A stretch of DNA of 64,000 bases from Somniosus microcephalus. Taxonomy: Eukaryota. Below, one piece after another: positions 39,531 to 52,898 of the stretch. Every line of letters begins with the position of its first letter. Position 1 is the stretch's first letter. Location: NCBI GenBank assembly GCA_052327205.1, contig CM126202.1, forward strand, positions 262,322,001 to 262,386,000, read 5' to 3'. The notes under the pieces are model-generated. The model was given only the letters and a program-made list of their open reading frames with translations. It was not told the origin of the DNA and did not search any database. The position numbers and the translations under genes are program-made.

Positions 39531-40859
39531 ACTTTGGGGTCTCCCTAAAGGACAATTGTAACTCTCCTCCACATATTCTCAAATCAAAAAAGTTTGATAA
39601 GAGCAAAATTTTATTTAAATCCTTAAACCTTCAGTAACAAGGATTCATTACTTATGTTACCAAGTAGGCTCACATTTTGCTCCAACATGTGTATACTATA
39701 GTTGGCAATAATATAGTTGGCAGGTAATAAAAGTGGAATGGTCAGTGATAATATACGGCAAAGATTCGAGATTTCAATTGCCCACTATACATTACACTAT
39801 ACTGTTACACTGAATCATGGGGTGCATTTTTGAATGGGAAGCTGTGTTTACACTGCTGCCCATATCAATGTAAACTTTGGAAAGAGAGCTCTGCATGTGC
39901 ATGCATTCAAATGTCAACAGTGCCAGCGTTCGATCAGTCAAATTTTCACTGAATGGAAGTAGGTGGAGAAAGTTGTACAAATGCAAATATCTTAAATATT
40001 TACCTTTTAGACAGGCCTCGATACTAGCTGCATTATATGCAGCTGATGAAGTGCACTGTTACCAGTAAAAGACCATCACTAACAGCACATCAAAGGGCAC
40101 TTGAGTGTTACTCTGCGCCTTGGGTGCCAGGTTGAAGCCCAATACCCTGCTGCTCAAACACCAAAGCTGATGTGTTAGCCAGTGCTTTTTGTGAGCATTT
40201 AACCCATATGCCATAAAAAGCAATCTATCCTGATCCATTATATTTTAAAAAGACTTTTCAGAATCTGTTTCAGTACTCCCTATGTCAAGATCAAGTATCT
40301 CAGTTAAGGCGAAACACTATGAAGGATTTGCACTGAACAGGAACATGATGGTCTCAGTCAGACAATCTAATGGATTTTAACTTAACTGAAGTTACAATAT
40401 TTAAAATGACATCTTGCTGTCAAAGCACAACACACACTAGAGTGCTACTTTCCTAGAAGGCAATTTCTTCAAAGTGATACCAAGTTGAATCTTCCCATAT
40501 TATAAAATGATGAACTATACAGGAGTAATTTTAACCTTAGCCACCACGTGGGAAATGGACACGGTCCAACTGTCCTCCTTTTTACACCCTTCCTGAAAAT
40601 CGGGCCATTAAAATTATCCCCATGGTCGTTGGTTGCCAAAAATTTACATATATTTTTAAACAGCTGATACAAAATTTTCAACAAAGGTGGTGGCGTGGAA
40701 ATCAAAAATCTATACCACTGAAAGCATAAAAACAAATCTGCAAACGTTAAAATACCTTTGAAAATAGGGTGTTGAAAATTGCATACCTATTAACTTGGCA
40801 GCTCAATTGACCAAGTTTTCAATTCCTTTTACAAATGAATTTGGGATCTTAGGAAACAC

Positions 40860-41280
40860 AACCGATCTTGCCTGACTAACCTCCTCATACAACCCAAGCC
40901 TAAAATTCCAAAAGACTTGACGAAGTTCCACATAAAAAAATTATAGCTCAAGCTCAAAGTTGGAGATTCAAAGAACATTTTGGAAATTGGCTAACTGATA
41001 TTGGTTAGAGGTTCTCCCAGAATGGGGGTGGGGAATTACAAAATGGGGTGCCCCAGTGCTTAATGTTGGGACCATGACTTTCGAATTTGGATCAATGACT
41101 TACATTCCGAAACACAACACAAATTGGTCAAATTTACACATGACACAACTAGGATGGGCAGCAGAACTGGAAGTGGCAGCTTCGAAATTACAGTCTCAGC
41201 TGCATAAAAAATAAATGGACAGAAAATGACAAATGAAATTCAATGCACAGTGTTAAGTACTGCAATTCAGAAGGAAAATG
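40860..41280 (+). mobile_element. old degenerate CR1 RT fragment
   Basis: Remnants of CLTNL, KVPHKK and GVPQ motifs. Confidence 0.6.
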
Positions 41281-41804
41281 AGTGACTCAAGTACCCCAAG
41301 AATGATACTGAAACAGCCATGGATAAAATTACGACCCTAAATGGCCTTCCTCATACATAATTATCTCATCAGCTTGCTACAGCAGTTTATAAAGACATAT
41401 TCAGGGGATTACACGATGAAGGCACTCAGGTCAGGTGAAAATATCAAAAATTAGCTTTTTCAATTAAGGCAACACACTTTTGTAGGTACAAGGAAGAGAC
41501 AAATGATTCTGAATGCGCCGGTTTTATAAAGTGCAGTCAGAAGAGGGCACCAGTGTCTGACAGCAAGTTGTTAATTATTAGTGGCATACTGCTTCTCATC
41601 AATGTGCAAGTATGTACAAATGACCCAAAAGTGGGTCTTTGAAAAGGAAACCAATGCCCAATTAGAATGCTTTACAATGTAGGTGAAATATAAATAAATG
41701 TTCCAAGTTAGAGGTGACAAGTTCGTGCTCAAAGATGCAGGAGATAAAACCGTAATATGCTTGAATTTTACATTAAGTTTGAGAGAGTGATGTAGTCCAA
41801 TCTG

Positions 41805-43968
41805 AAACTAAGGTCTTCAATCTAAACAGAGGAAATTACAAGGGTATGAGGGACAAGTTGGCCATGGTAGATTGGGAGACTACACTAAAAATGTATGACG
41901 GTGGACATACAATGGCTAACATTCAAAGGAAATAATGCATAATTTGCAACAAACATATATGCCTCTAGGGCATAAAAACCCAAAAGGAAAAGTGATCCAA
42001 CCATGGCTAACAAAAGAAATTAAAGCTAGCATTACATCAAAGGAGTAAGGTTGCCAGAAAAAGCAGTCAGCCTGAGGTTGGGATCTTTTTAGAAATCAAA
42101 GGGGGACCAAGAAATTGATAAAGGGAAAATGGAATATGAGCACAAACTAGCGAAAAATATAAAAACGGATTGTAAAAGCTTCCATAGGTATGTGAAAAGG
42201 AAAAGACTGGCGAAGGTAAATGTAGGTCCTTTACAGTCAGAGACGGGAGAATTTATAATAGGGAATGAGGAAATGGCGGAGAAATTAAATAAATACTTTA
42301 TTTCTGTCTTCACGAAGACACAAAGAACCTCCCAGAAATACGAGAAAACCAAGGGTGTGGAAAGAATGAGGAACTTAAAGAAATTAGTAAAAAAAAAAAA
42401 AACAACAACAGTACTAGCAAAATTAAATGGGACTAAAAGTCGATAAATCACCTACATCCTAGAGTTTTGAAAGAGGTGGCCATTGGGATAGTGGACGCAT
42501 TGGTTGTCATCCTCCAAAATTCTATAGATTCTGGAATGGTTCCTGCAGATTGGAGGATAGCAAATGTAACCCCGCTATTTAAGAAAGGAGGGAGAGAGAA
42601 AACGGGGAACTACAGACCTGTTGGCCTCATCAGTATTTGGGAAAATGCTGGAATCTATTATAAAGGATGCAATAACTGGGCACTTAGAAACTAATAGTAA
42701 GATTGGCAGAGTCAGTGGATTTATGAAAGGGAAATCCTGTTTGACAAACCTATTGGAGTTCTTTGAGGATGTAACTAGTGGAGTAGACAAAGGGGAACCG
42801 GTAGATGTGGTGTATTTGGATTTTCAGAAGGCCTTCGATAAGGTCCCACACAAGAGGTTGGTGAACAAAATTAGGGCACATGGAATTGGGGGTAATATAC
42901 TTGCATGGATTGAGAATTGGTTAACAGACAGAAAACAAAGAGAGTAGGGATAAACGGGTCTTTTTCAGGATGGCAGGCTGTGACTAGTGGGGTACCGCAA
43001 GGATCGGTGCTTGGGCCCCAGCTATTCACAATCAATATCAATGATTTGGATGAGGGGACTACATGTAACATTTCCAAATTTGCTGACGGTACAAAGCTAG
43101 GTGGCAGTGTCAGTTGTGAAGAGGCTTCAAGGGGATCTCAACAGGCTCAATGAGTGGGCGAGAACATGGCAGATGGAATATAATGTGGATAAATGTGAAG
43201 TTATGCACTTTGGTAGAAAAAACAGAAAGGCAGAGTATTTCCTAAATGGTGAAAGATTGGGGAATGCAGATGCTCAAAGGGACCTGGGTGTCCTTGTACA
43301 AGTCACTGAAAGTAAATGTGCAGGTGCAGCAAGCGATTAGGAAAGCAAATGGTATGCTGGCCTTCATTACAAGAGGATTTGCTTACAGGAGTAAAGAAGT
43401 CTTACTCCAATTATATAGGGCCTTTGTGAGACCACACCTGGAGTACAGTGTACAATTTTGGTCTCCTTACCTAAGGAAGGATATACCTGCCATAGAGGGA
43501 GTGCATCGCAGGTTCACGAGATTGATTCCTGGTATGGCGGGAATGTCATAAGAGATTGAGTAAACCAGGCCTGTATTCTCTTGAATTCAGAAGAATGAGA
43601 GGGGTTCTCATTGAAGCACACAATTATTACATGGCTTGATAGGGTGGATGCTGGGAGAATGTTTCCCTTGGCTGGTGAGTCAAGAACCAAGGGCCACAGC
43701 CTCAGGATAAATAGTAGGCCATTCAGGACTGAGATGAGAAGAAATTTCTTCACAGGAGGGTGGTGAATCTTTGGAATTCTCTACCCCAGAGTGCTGTGGA
43801 GGCTCAGGTCATTGGGTATCTTCAATACAGAAGTTGACAGATTTCTAACTAGTAAGGGCATCAAGGGATATGGCGATCGGACTGGTGAATGGCGTTAAGG
43901 CAGAAGATCAGCCATGATCTCATTGAATGGCAGAGCAGGCTAGAAGGGCCTACTCCTATTTCTTATGT
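41805..43968 (+). mobile_element. CR1 LINE, ~2.2 kb, frameshifted ORF2
   Basis: Successive ORFs with [37 protein letters not shown] and RPHLEY; 3' tail present. Confidence 0.95.
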
Positions 43969-44420
43969 TATTTTCTTAAATCCTCTTGGCCCACTCCAAT
44001 CAGAATGGAGAGATTTTAGGACCAATATACTCTACCTTCAATGGGAGCATATTGAGCAGTTTAAAAGGAGTCATAGTTGACCTGGTGCACCTCCAATCTC
44101 ACGTGCTTTTAGAGCAGCAGAAATGAGGCACAATAATGAAGCCTGTTGTGTACCACAAGCACACTGCTATACAGGGCAGTGATGCAAGTAGTTAGTAACA
44201 TACTGTTATGGTTATTCAACCGAACCAATATTAAAATGCCAGGTACGTTAGGAAGTATGTTCAGCTCAATCATCTCTCGCGTTGCTTTTTTAAAATTATG
44301 GTGGGGGGCAGAAAGCAGAGAGAGAAAAATGAACAGGTTATGAGGAGAACGGAAAAAGCTAGCAATGAAGCATCTGTATTTTCATTTCCTCGCTTAAACA
44401 TCTATGACAATCACAACCCA

Positions 44421-44486
44421 ACCTTGCTGGTGCCCACCCACCACCTCTTCCCTGGCCCATCCTTGCTGGTGCCCACCCACCACCTT
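44421..44486. repeat. imperfect ~39-bp tandem duplication
   Basis: ccttgctggtgcccacccaccacct x2. Confidence 0.8.
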
Positions 44487-46378
44487 TCTTGGCAGTTATC
44501 ACTTTGCTTAACCTTATCTTGGAGCTTTTTAGTTTTAATTCTGATGTTACATTTAAAATGCCCAGGATAGCCTGCTGCATTCAGTATCCCACCTACAACC
44601 AACACTAGTAAGTGTAGCTCGGTTTCACAGAAGTCTGATCCCAATGCAGTTCTGGTACACAGACCACATTCACATTTGGGTGTCTTGATGATGGCCTACA
44701 TTTTTTCCACCCCACTCCACAACTTAGAAACCAAACTTGGTCTAGGTTCTATTTTATTTCACGATTTCTCCCCATTGAGTTTAAAAAAAATAAAAATGTT
44801 TTTTCTATGGCATTTCATGCTTAAGCCTTGTGTATCTTCTACCATTGTAATTTGCACTGACTACTGCCTGCCATGAATGCGGACAAAAAATGAACAACCC
44901 TCTAACTACACGGTGCTTAAAATTAACAGATACATGGGAGTGATTCCAAAGTTTTAAAGTTCGGGTTCAAATGTTTGTGCTTTTTGAGCATCGCTCTCCT
45001 GTTTAAATATCATCCGCAAATGCCTTGTTAAAACGATCCCATCACCAGCGCCAAGTACCTGAATATCATTCTCCAAGGGCCATTTCTTGGCAGCTTGACT
45101 ACAATGTTAGCATTTTTTAATTGAAATACCAATTTAAAGGCAGTTTTGTCTCAAGAGCAGTGGGAAACATAACTGCCAAACTCACTTAATTTGAGTTTTT
45201 CTTGTCCCAACCTCTGCTGAAGGTAGCGATTCATGCTGTGGTACAGTTCCACGGACACCAACAGCCTTTCAGGACTAATCCCAAGTGGCCATATTTCATG
45301 TACAAGCCTGGACAATGGGTATTGATTAGCCTATTCAAATTTATGGGATATCACAGCAGAGTCTAAACCTGTTCACACCCAACATCCACGTGCGTGGGCT
45401 TCATAATAAGCCACTGTAAAGCAGTTAGAAGTCAGAGTAGTACCCAATTGTTCCCTCTTCTGGCCCAAAACTTAAGGTTTCCGGATCTCATGGGCCACCA
45501 AAATGTTACATTCCTACCCATTTTATCAGATTTCTGATGTTTCTTTTTCTATTAGCAAATGATTTCTGCTGTTATAAGACACTTTTGCTGCAATGATCAC
45601 ACTCAAGGGGGTCCCCAACACAAAAGTTTGAAAGTTACGTAGGACACAAAAGCATCCTACAGCAATCTGTAGGTCACAGTGGGTGCTCCAATTTTTTATT
45701 TAGCCATCTTGCACAGCATTTATAGTGTCGCTGAACTCAAAGCCAAATCGAACTCCAAAAGATGAAGTAACAGTGTTCCAACTCACTGCCTTCATGATTA
45801 AAACACCAGTTTATCTATCCTCCCCAAGGTTATAAAGCATGAAATAGTGAAGGGCAGATATGGAGAACACACTTGATATGGTTTTATCAAAGGAGGGAGG
45901 CTCTAAACAATGTGTTGAAGATCATGGTACATCAAAAGACCATTTGATTTAGTTTTCTGTAGGATAAAACCCATAATGAAACAGTGCAACCCATTGTTGA
46001 AATTAATTTCTACAACTACACAGTACATCTACTGTGTCACCATGACGTCAGGACCTTGTATCATTTCATGAAACAGGAACGTTTTTATTTACCACAAAAG
46101 ACAGAAGCGTTTCAAAGCACTGTGTTCAGTTACTATACTCATTCAGAATGTGCTGTACTATCATTTATAATATTTAAGTTTTATTGAACATGTTTCATAG
46201 AACATTATTGGTTTTACTTTAGTCAAATATTAGCGAGAACGTTATCGTTTTACATTAGTCAAATATTAGCTGTAACAGCATTAAAAAATGTCAGTAAGCA
46301 ATGAAGCAAGTTCCAATTAGTTTCAGGTATTCAAAGTGCTATTACAATCAGATTTGATATACAAAATAAAAGAAATAC

Positions 46379-46454
46379 CTGTAGCTGCAGTAGAATTGCT
46401 CATGATAGATGGGCCGTTAATAATACCAGCAGAAAGAAGCTCGTCAGATCCCCG
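46379..46454 (-). CDS. PTBP3: PTBP3 exon 3 equivalent, 76 nt (RGSDELLSAGIINGPSIMSNSTAAT)
   Basis: tttcag acceptor, gtattt donor; RGSDEL motif. Confidence 0.95.
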
Positions 46455-48613
46455 CTGAAAAACAAAAATAATCAAATACTTCAGTAAATGGCCATTAACT
46501 CATCTGTGTAATATTCATTGCTGTTAAATAACGTGCCATGTGGGGAACTAGGTTTGTATAAACAATCAAGGTATTGGGCTAGTTGCTAATTCACAGAATG
46601 TTTTGAAGAAACTAAATTTGACAAATGAATGCAAGCTGTAAACATATACTGACTAATCGTACTCTTTATATAAATATTCTGTTAATCAGTATCACAAATG
46701 GGACAAGTTTATCCATAAACACCTTGCTTATAATGCAATACGAGCTTCCAGAATACACCTTAAACAGTCCAAGTGCAGTAGCTTTCATAATCAGTATTGC
46801 CAATAGAAAAATATGCGTTGAAAACTGGGTTTTCTTGAACAAAGTTGACCCCACAGCCTTCTAAAGATGCACACCCAAAACACAGTAGGCAACATACATC
46901 CAACCTGATGGCTCAAATCTTTCCAAAATAGTTTGAGTTATTTTCTCACACTGAACATACATTCAAAAAGTGACACTCTAATAACCAGCTTTTGGGGGGG
47001 GGGGGGGGGGATACACAACCTTTTAAAAAAAAAAAAAAAAAAAAAAAAAGTCCTCTTCTTCCTTCCATTCCTCAGCCACACATATATCTTTCCTGCTTGA
47101 AAGGGAAAGCTGGAGACCTGTTACAGGAAACTCTTGTTTAAACAGCACCCAAGTATCCGGAATTCTCTATTAATCGGCAAAATTCATACTCCGAAAACAA
47201 CACCTCAATAACCAGAAATGTTGCCAAGTCAGAGTCTCCCGCAGTGGCAGAGTTAGTCAGTGGGGGTAGTTCTCCAAACTGCCACTACTTGGCTTCTTGG
47301 TGCTGTCGTAAGTCCGAACACCTCAATAACAGGATTCTGACTCTCCCGTGCTGCCGGGAGTACCCAATTACTGTACACTGCACATTTCTTGATTTAATTT
47401 ATTTTTGTGTTAAAAATAGCCTCGGTAGTTAACCCTCTCCGTCATCTGGCATTTTAATCAACTGGCAACGTCCCGGTCCCGGATACCAAAGAGTTTCCTG
47501 TACATTACTTCTGCTACTCTACAATTTGTTGCCACATCTGGTCGGGCCATTAATGTCTCCCCCTCAGATTTCTTTCCCTCCATATGGGGTAGGCATCTGG
47601 CTTCTAATTGATGTCTCTAACAGCAGGAAGGTTGAAATTAGGAACTCAAGTGTGAGCAATATCGAGAGCATCAACTCTTGCGCAGCAGAGTCACGTAATG
47701 CAACAAATTAGTCCGAGCTCCCCTCGAGTGCCTCATGGTTAAGGGCACAACTAGCTGGTACATCAAGCTATACAGACCAGAAGGTTCTGGGTTTAATAAC
47801 TGGTCAGTGTGGAGATCGCTGATCAAAGCTATAACAGCAAACAGAGCAGCACACCTGGCCTCTGTGCCTCTTAAGGGGGGGAAACTAGGGAGTCCATTCT
47901 CCCAATCATTACCTAGTGATATATATTGGAAAGTACATGTGTGGACATGGGCTGAGCAGGATCAAGATTGGCCATAGTGACTTTATAGGATCGAAATAAC
48001 CCACCAACATTCACTAGTGAACAACCACTTGCCCGAGGTTCTGGAGAGCCATCAGCTCCGGTGGAATTGCATCCAAGCAACAGCACTTTAAAGGACTGGG
48101 AGAAAAATAGACTATCCTGTCTGCAAAACCTCCAAAAGAACCAAACTTTCTTCCACTGGGATATCACGGTAACTTCACCTTACTATGCAGCTGAACATCA
48201 GTGTGTTCCATTAATTTGCCAGTTGCTAAATCAGAGAGAAAGCAGGTCATAGTATGTTTCTTTTGAAGATCTAACCATTGAAATAACTGATCAATCCTAA
48301 AGATCCCTTCAGTTCTCTCAACATTTTGTTTAGATGGCAATATAATTGCAGGAACATCGGGTATAAATTCGTCAATTTAAATCCTTCCATCTTGACTCCA
48401 GTAAGCCCTTCAGGCCAATTTAATTAATGCCCATGTTAATCATTAAAACAAAAATATTGTTGAACAAATCTAGATTTTCAACCATTTTTACCTATACTGA
48501 AGGATTCTGGATGCGGAGACTTCACTCGGTCTTAAAAAAAAGGGTAGGGCAGCATTGTGGTGTGGAGCATTAACAAACCAATGTGGAGCAGGAACGGATG
48601 CAAAATTTAAGTC

Positions 48614-48781
48614 CTCACAGAATCACAGAAACCCCACAGTGCAGATAGAGGCCATTTCGGCCCATCGAGCCTGCACCGACACATATCCCACCCGATCCCC
48701 GTAACCCCACGTATTTAATCCCCCTAACACTAAGGGTCAATTTATCATAGCCAATCAACCTTAACCCGCACATCTTTGGAT
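48614..48781 (-). mobile_element. HE1-type SINE, 3' half
   Basis: Nearly identical to 55626-55783. Confidence 0.85.
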
Positions 48782-50789
48782 GTCCTGCTTCATCCCATTC
48801 TGGATATGATCCACCTTGATCAGGAAGAGGCTGAGCAGATGCTGAAAGTTTTTTTTAAATCTAGTGAAGTGTTCTCATCTGTGACCTCTGTTGTAAAATG
48901 TGTAGGTGTTGTAACTAAGTGATCAAATAATCAGTCTCAGCTATGAGGCCCTTTCTATTAGAATAGCTCGACCAACACACCGGCTCAGCTCAAAGCATGA
49001 AACTTGGTCTTTTGTCAGGGCAACAGAATATTTATGATGCCTCTTAATTCCACTTCTGTTGAGCAAGAAAAAAAAGGTTATTTAACTGGGGCTCCAATGT
49101 AGAATTAAAATCAGGAGGACACATCCAAAAATCAGTAAGTCTCAATGAAGAGATCAAGAAACTTCTGCTCCTTACCAGTGCAGTGGGAATGTGCCATTTA
49201 TGACTAAATAATTCCTTTAAAAGGGTGTTGCATAAGGAGATCAAATGATGCAATTCATCCCTGTACTTTCCAGTCACATTTAACCTAATGAATGTCGCTG
49301 CACTGGTTGCATGGATACGAGACGAAACCGATTTTGGTATTCTCAGCACAGTTGGGAAGGAAAAGAACTTTATAGCACAAAAATTCCCACACTCGGCCCA
49401 AATTGGTAATGCTACTCAAAGGCCTCAAATGTGACTGCTGCGAGAAATATGAAATTCATACAGATTCAGTAAAGGGTTCCTTTCTGATGTTGAAGCAGAG
49501 CAAGGGAAACTTGAAGCTGCATTTGGCAATGCTACACCTGACCGGAAATGCCAAAAACTGAACGAGTATCCAAAGTGGAACAATGTGATATTTCCCAGCC
49601 GAACACCCCTCTCCGAGAGAACTAGACTACAACTGAAGAGTCAAAAAGAAAGTTTAACAAGAGTGTGAGTTAGAGACAGATTAAACAATTTGGGCTGAGT
49701 CTACAATAGTGTTATATGCAGTCTTGAAGACTATTTAATATAAAATGTGGAGCAGTAAATGATGCATCATAAACTTGTCGCAACAGTCAGGCAAAAAAGG
49801 GATTAACAAACTCGTCACATACTAAATTATTTAAGAAGTTATAACAACCTGAAACGTGGGAAAGAAGTGAAAACATAAAGAAATATATTCATGCAGGGTT
49901 CAGGCTATCCCAACATACTGGCCGTTTCAATATCATACCAACTTGGTCCTGCAACAGTGGGTTATACTTAATTCTTTACACCGCCAAGAAGGAGGCAGAG
50001 CTCCTTGAATACGCGCGTACCAAGAGCGATTTACTAGCTTTCTGTACAGCCCCAGACGTATTGTACATCAGGCACGCAATCTATACTTCAAAAGTACATT
50101 AACTATTACAATATAATTGAAGATACTTTCCATAGAAATGCACATGAATGGATTTGGCCCTTGAGGATGCAGACCAACAGGAGATATTTTGGTCAGTTTA
50201 GCCGAGTCGAATAGCTATCGCGTGTTCCTAAAAATTCTTGAATTTTACACCTGCTACTGCTGGTTGGCAGCAGAGGATCGAAATACCAGTGAACAAGGCA
50301 CAGATTAGCCTTGAGCTGCAACAAGAAACCATCAGCTAATCATGGTTTCTACTGAAGGCCCATTCCCTCCACAAAAACAAAATCACGATTAATATATTGA
50401 AAAGTATCACTGGTTTTGTAATTAATTAGCATCACCATTGACAATGACTTACCAGAGTTCATTTTCAGACAAGTTTTTGGTACTTGCAAACACAGACATT
50501 CCTTATGCACCAGTCAGCATAGTAGCTGGAGATGTTATCAAAGCATAAAAGTTAGATGTTCAAGGCAGTAAAATGAACAGCGTCACCCAGTATGACCAGA
50601 ACTCAAACTGTTCACAAAATCACAAACTGCTGCAGCTGTTATTTCGTATTAGCATTTAACAGAGATCCAGTACTATGAGTAGAACATGGACCAAAAATAG
50701 CTTGTGAAAACTATTCATAACTCAAATACTTGAATACGACAGTTTATTCCTCTTTATTCAAGTTACGAAGCATTTAAATTTTTTAGCCC

Positions 50790-51850
50790 AAGTTCTCATT
50801 TTCCGACAGGTCTTCTGTTTTGCTCAACCGAGGAGTCCCTTCTAACGTGGTTGACACGGCCCTTGACCGTGTCCGTTCTATTTTCCCGTACTGCTGCTCT
50901 CACCCCTTCCCCTCCCAGAACCACGATAGGGTTCCCCTTGTCCTCACCTTTCACACCACCAGCCTCCACATTTAACTGATCATCCTCCACCATTTCCGCC
51001 ACCTCCAGCGTGATCCCACCACCTAACATATCTTCCCCCTCCCCTTTCAGCATTCCAAAGGGACCGCTCCCTCCGCGACACCCTGGTCCACCCCTCCATC
51101 ACCCCAACACCTCTTCTCCCAGCACCTTCACGTGCAAGTGCAGGAGATGCAACACATGCCCTTTTACCTCCTCCCTTCCCACTGTCCAGGGCCCCAGGTG
51201 AAAGTGATTTACTTGTACTACTTGCAATTTAGTATACTGTATTCACTGCTCATGATGCAGTCTCCTCTACATTGGGGAGACCAAACGCAGATTGGGTGGC
51301 CGCTTTGCGGAACACCTCCGTTCAGTCCATACGGGTGACCTTGAGCTTCTGGTCACCTGTCTTTTTAATTCTCCGCTCCACTCCCACTGACCTGTCCGTC
51401 CTCTGCCTCTTACACTGTTCCAATGAGGCTCAACGTAAGCTCGAGGAACAGCGCCTCATCTTATGATTAAGCATTTTACAGCCTTCTGGAGTGCAACAAT
51501 TTCAGACCATAACCTCTGCCCATCATTTTTTTGCTCTCACATGGCAGCTGTCAATCATTCTGCCATTGCAATTTACACTTTTGTTTCTTAACTTGTCCCA
51601 TTACCATCTCCTTTTGCCCTGCACCATCATCCCTTTTGTCTCTCAATCTCTCCTGCCTTCCATCCCATCAGACTTTCCTTTTTGTTCTTTCCTCTCCTCC
51701 CCCCTTCCCTGCCTCTACACTTGCTTAAGAAACTGTTCCACCTCCAACATTTTCCAGTTGTGACAGTGTCATCGACCTGAAACGTTAACTGTTTCTCTCC
51801 ACAGATACTGCATGACCGAGTATTTCCAGCATTTTCTATTTCTAATTTTG
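50790..51850 (+). mobile_element. Penelope-like element fragment (GIY-YIG endonuclease plus terminal repeat region)
   Basis: Broken frame CRRCNTCPF...NLVYCIHC...LYIGETKRRLGGRFAEHLRSV...RKLEEQRLI. Confidence 0.85.
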
Positions 51851-52155
51851 CTCTCATGTTTTAATTCAAACATTTTTAGCAATAAAAAAAATGGCACAAT
51901 CAGGAGATTATACAAAATTATAAACTAACTTCCCATGTAATCTCCAGCTGTGCCTATTATGCAGTTGTTCTACTGTTAAGAGCTCAGTTCAGCTAGATCG
52001 AGTAACCTAATACGGATGATCAGCTCTCATTGGTGTTACGCCATTTTAACACAGCAACAGCCACAAAAACACAAGAAAAGCCTGGAATGAGAAGTCATTT
52101 GACTCGGAGCTCACCTCTCACCTTCAAGTGCTTAACTGACCCATTATGGCATCTC

Positions 52156-52898
52156 AATGGCCTGGAATTTGCATCAAGGATAACCGTTAGGCCATCAGCG
52201 CTCAGTTATTATGGAGTAAATTGTACAGCAATTTCCACCGACCGCACATGCGCTGTTAAACGCGGAAATTGCTATCAGAGTTGCCCTGCTCCTTCACAAG
52301 CTTTGCTCCACCGGTATCTCGCCGAGAGATTCAGCATTAAAATCCATGCAAGGGTGTGAAGTTGCTGTACTTGCCCACTAGATAACCACTAAACATGCCA
52401 GGAGAGTGTTAGGGCTTGTCCATTCAAGTATAAGTGAATTTTTAAACAGTGATAAGTCTTAATTACTGCCAAACAACCCTGACACTGAAAATTTAATTTT
52501 ACAACTGTGGCATCTCATTCCTTCAGAATTTAGTTATTGTTGGAGATGGTTTTAAAAAATTGAAAATTAATTGACTTATCTCTCTCTGAATCCCATCTTT
52601 CCCTCGCTATTTTCCTTTCTGCACATGATTTTACAATGAAGTAAATATTCTGATATATACTTCCTGGTTTAGACTGGGTCTCATGGAGAATTCTTCAATC
52701 TGATTGGTTGAGAAAACACACTGATTCTTGTCCTGCTCACACTTGCCACAGATCCCCTCCAGAGGGTGCCACGCTGCATCAGACACCCAATGACATCAAG
52801 TGCCGCTCAAAAGTCAATGTAAAGTCTGTGGGCAGCTGCAAGTGTGATCAAGAGAAAGCCCCATTCCTTCGCCACTGACCACAAATTCTGGGTCATTG
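52156..52898. mobile_element. possible old non-autonomous DNA transposon
   Basis: Imperfect terminal inverted repeats caatggcctggaatttg / caaattctgggtcattg (14/17). Confidence 0.4.

Larger units (their letters stand above)
4059..46454 (-). other. PTBP3: PTBP3/ROD1 gene body (13 coding exons in window; 5' end extends further right)
   Basis: Spliced exons sum to 1611 nt in one frame and encode four RRMs. Paralog-diagnostic residues ([37 protein letters not shown]...GFPQ, DLKNLF...SVKAFKFF, KMALIQL) match PTBP3 better than PTBP1 or PTBP2, from recall. Confidence 0.9.

Noticed and set aside
52122-52161. 40-nt AG..GT block ending TTG AAG as an alternative exon 2
   Set aside because: No similarity to PTB exon 2 beyond LK, poor pyrimidine tract, and it overlaps the edge of a probable DNA transposon.
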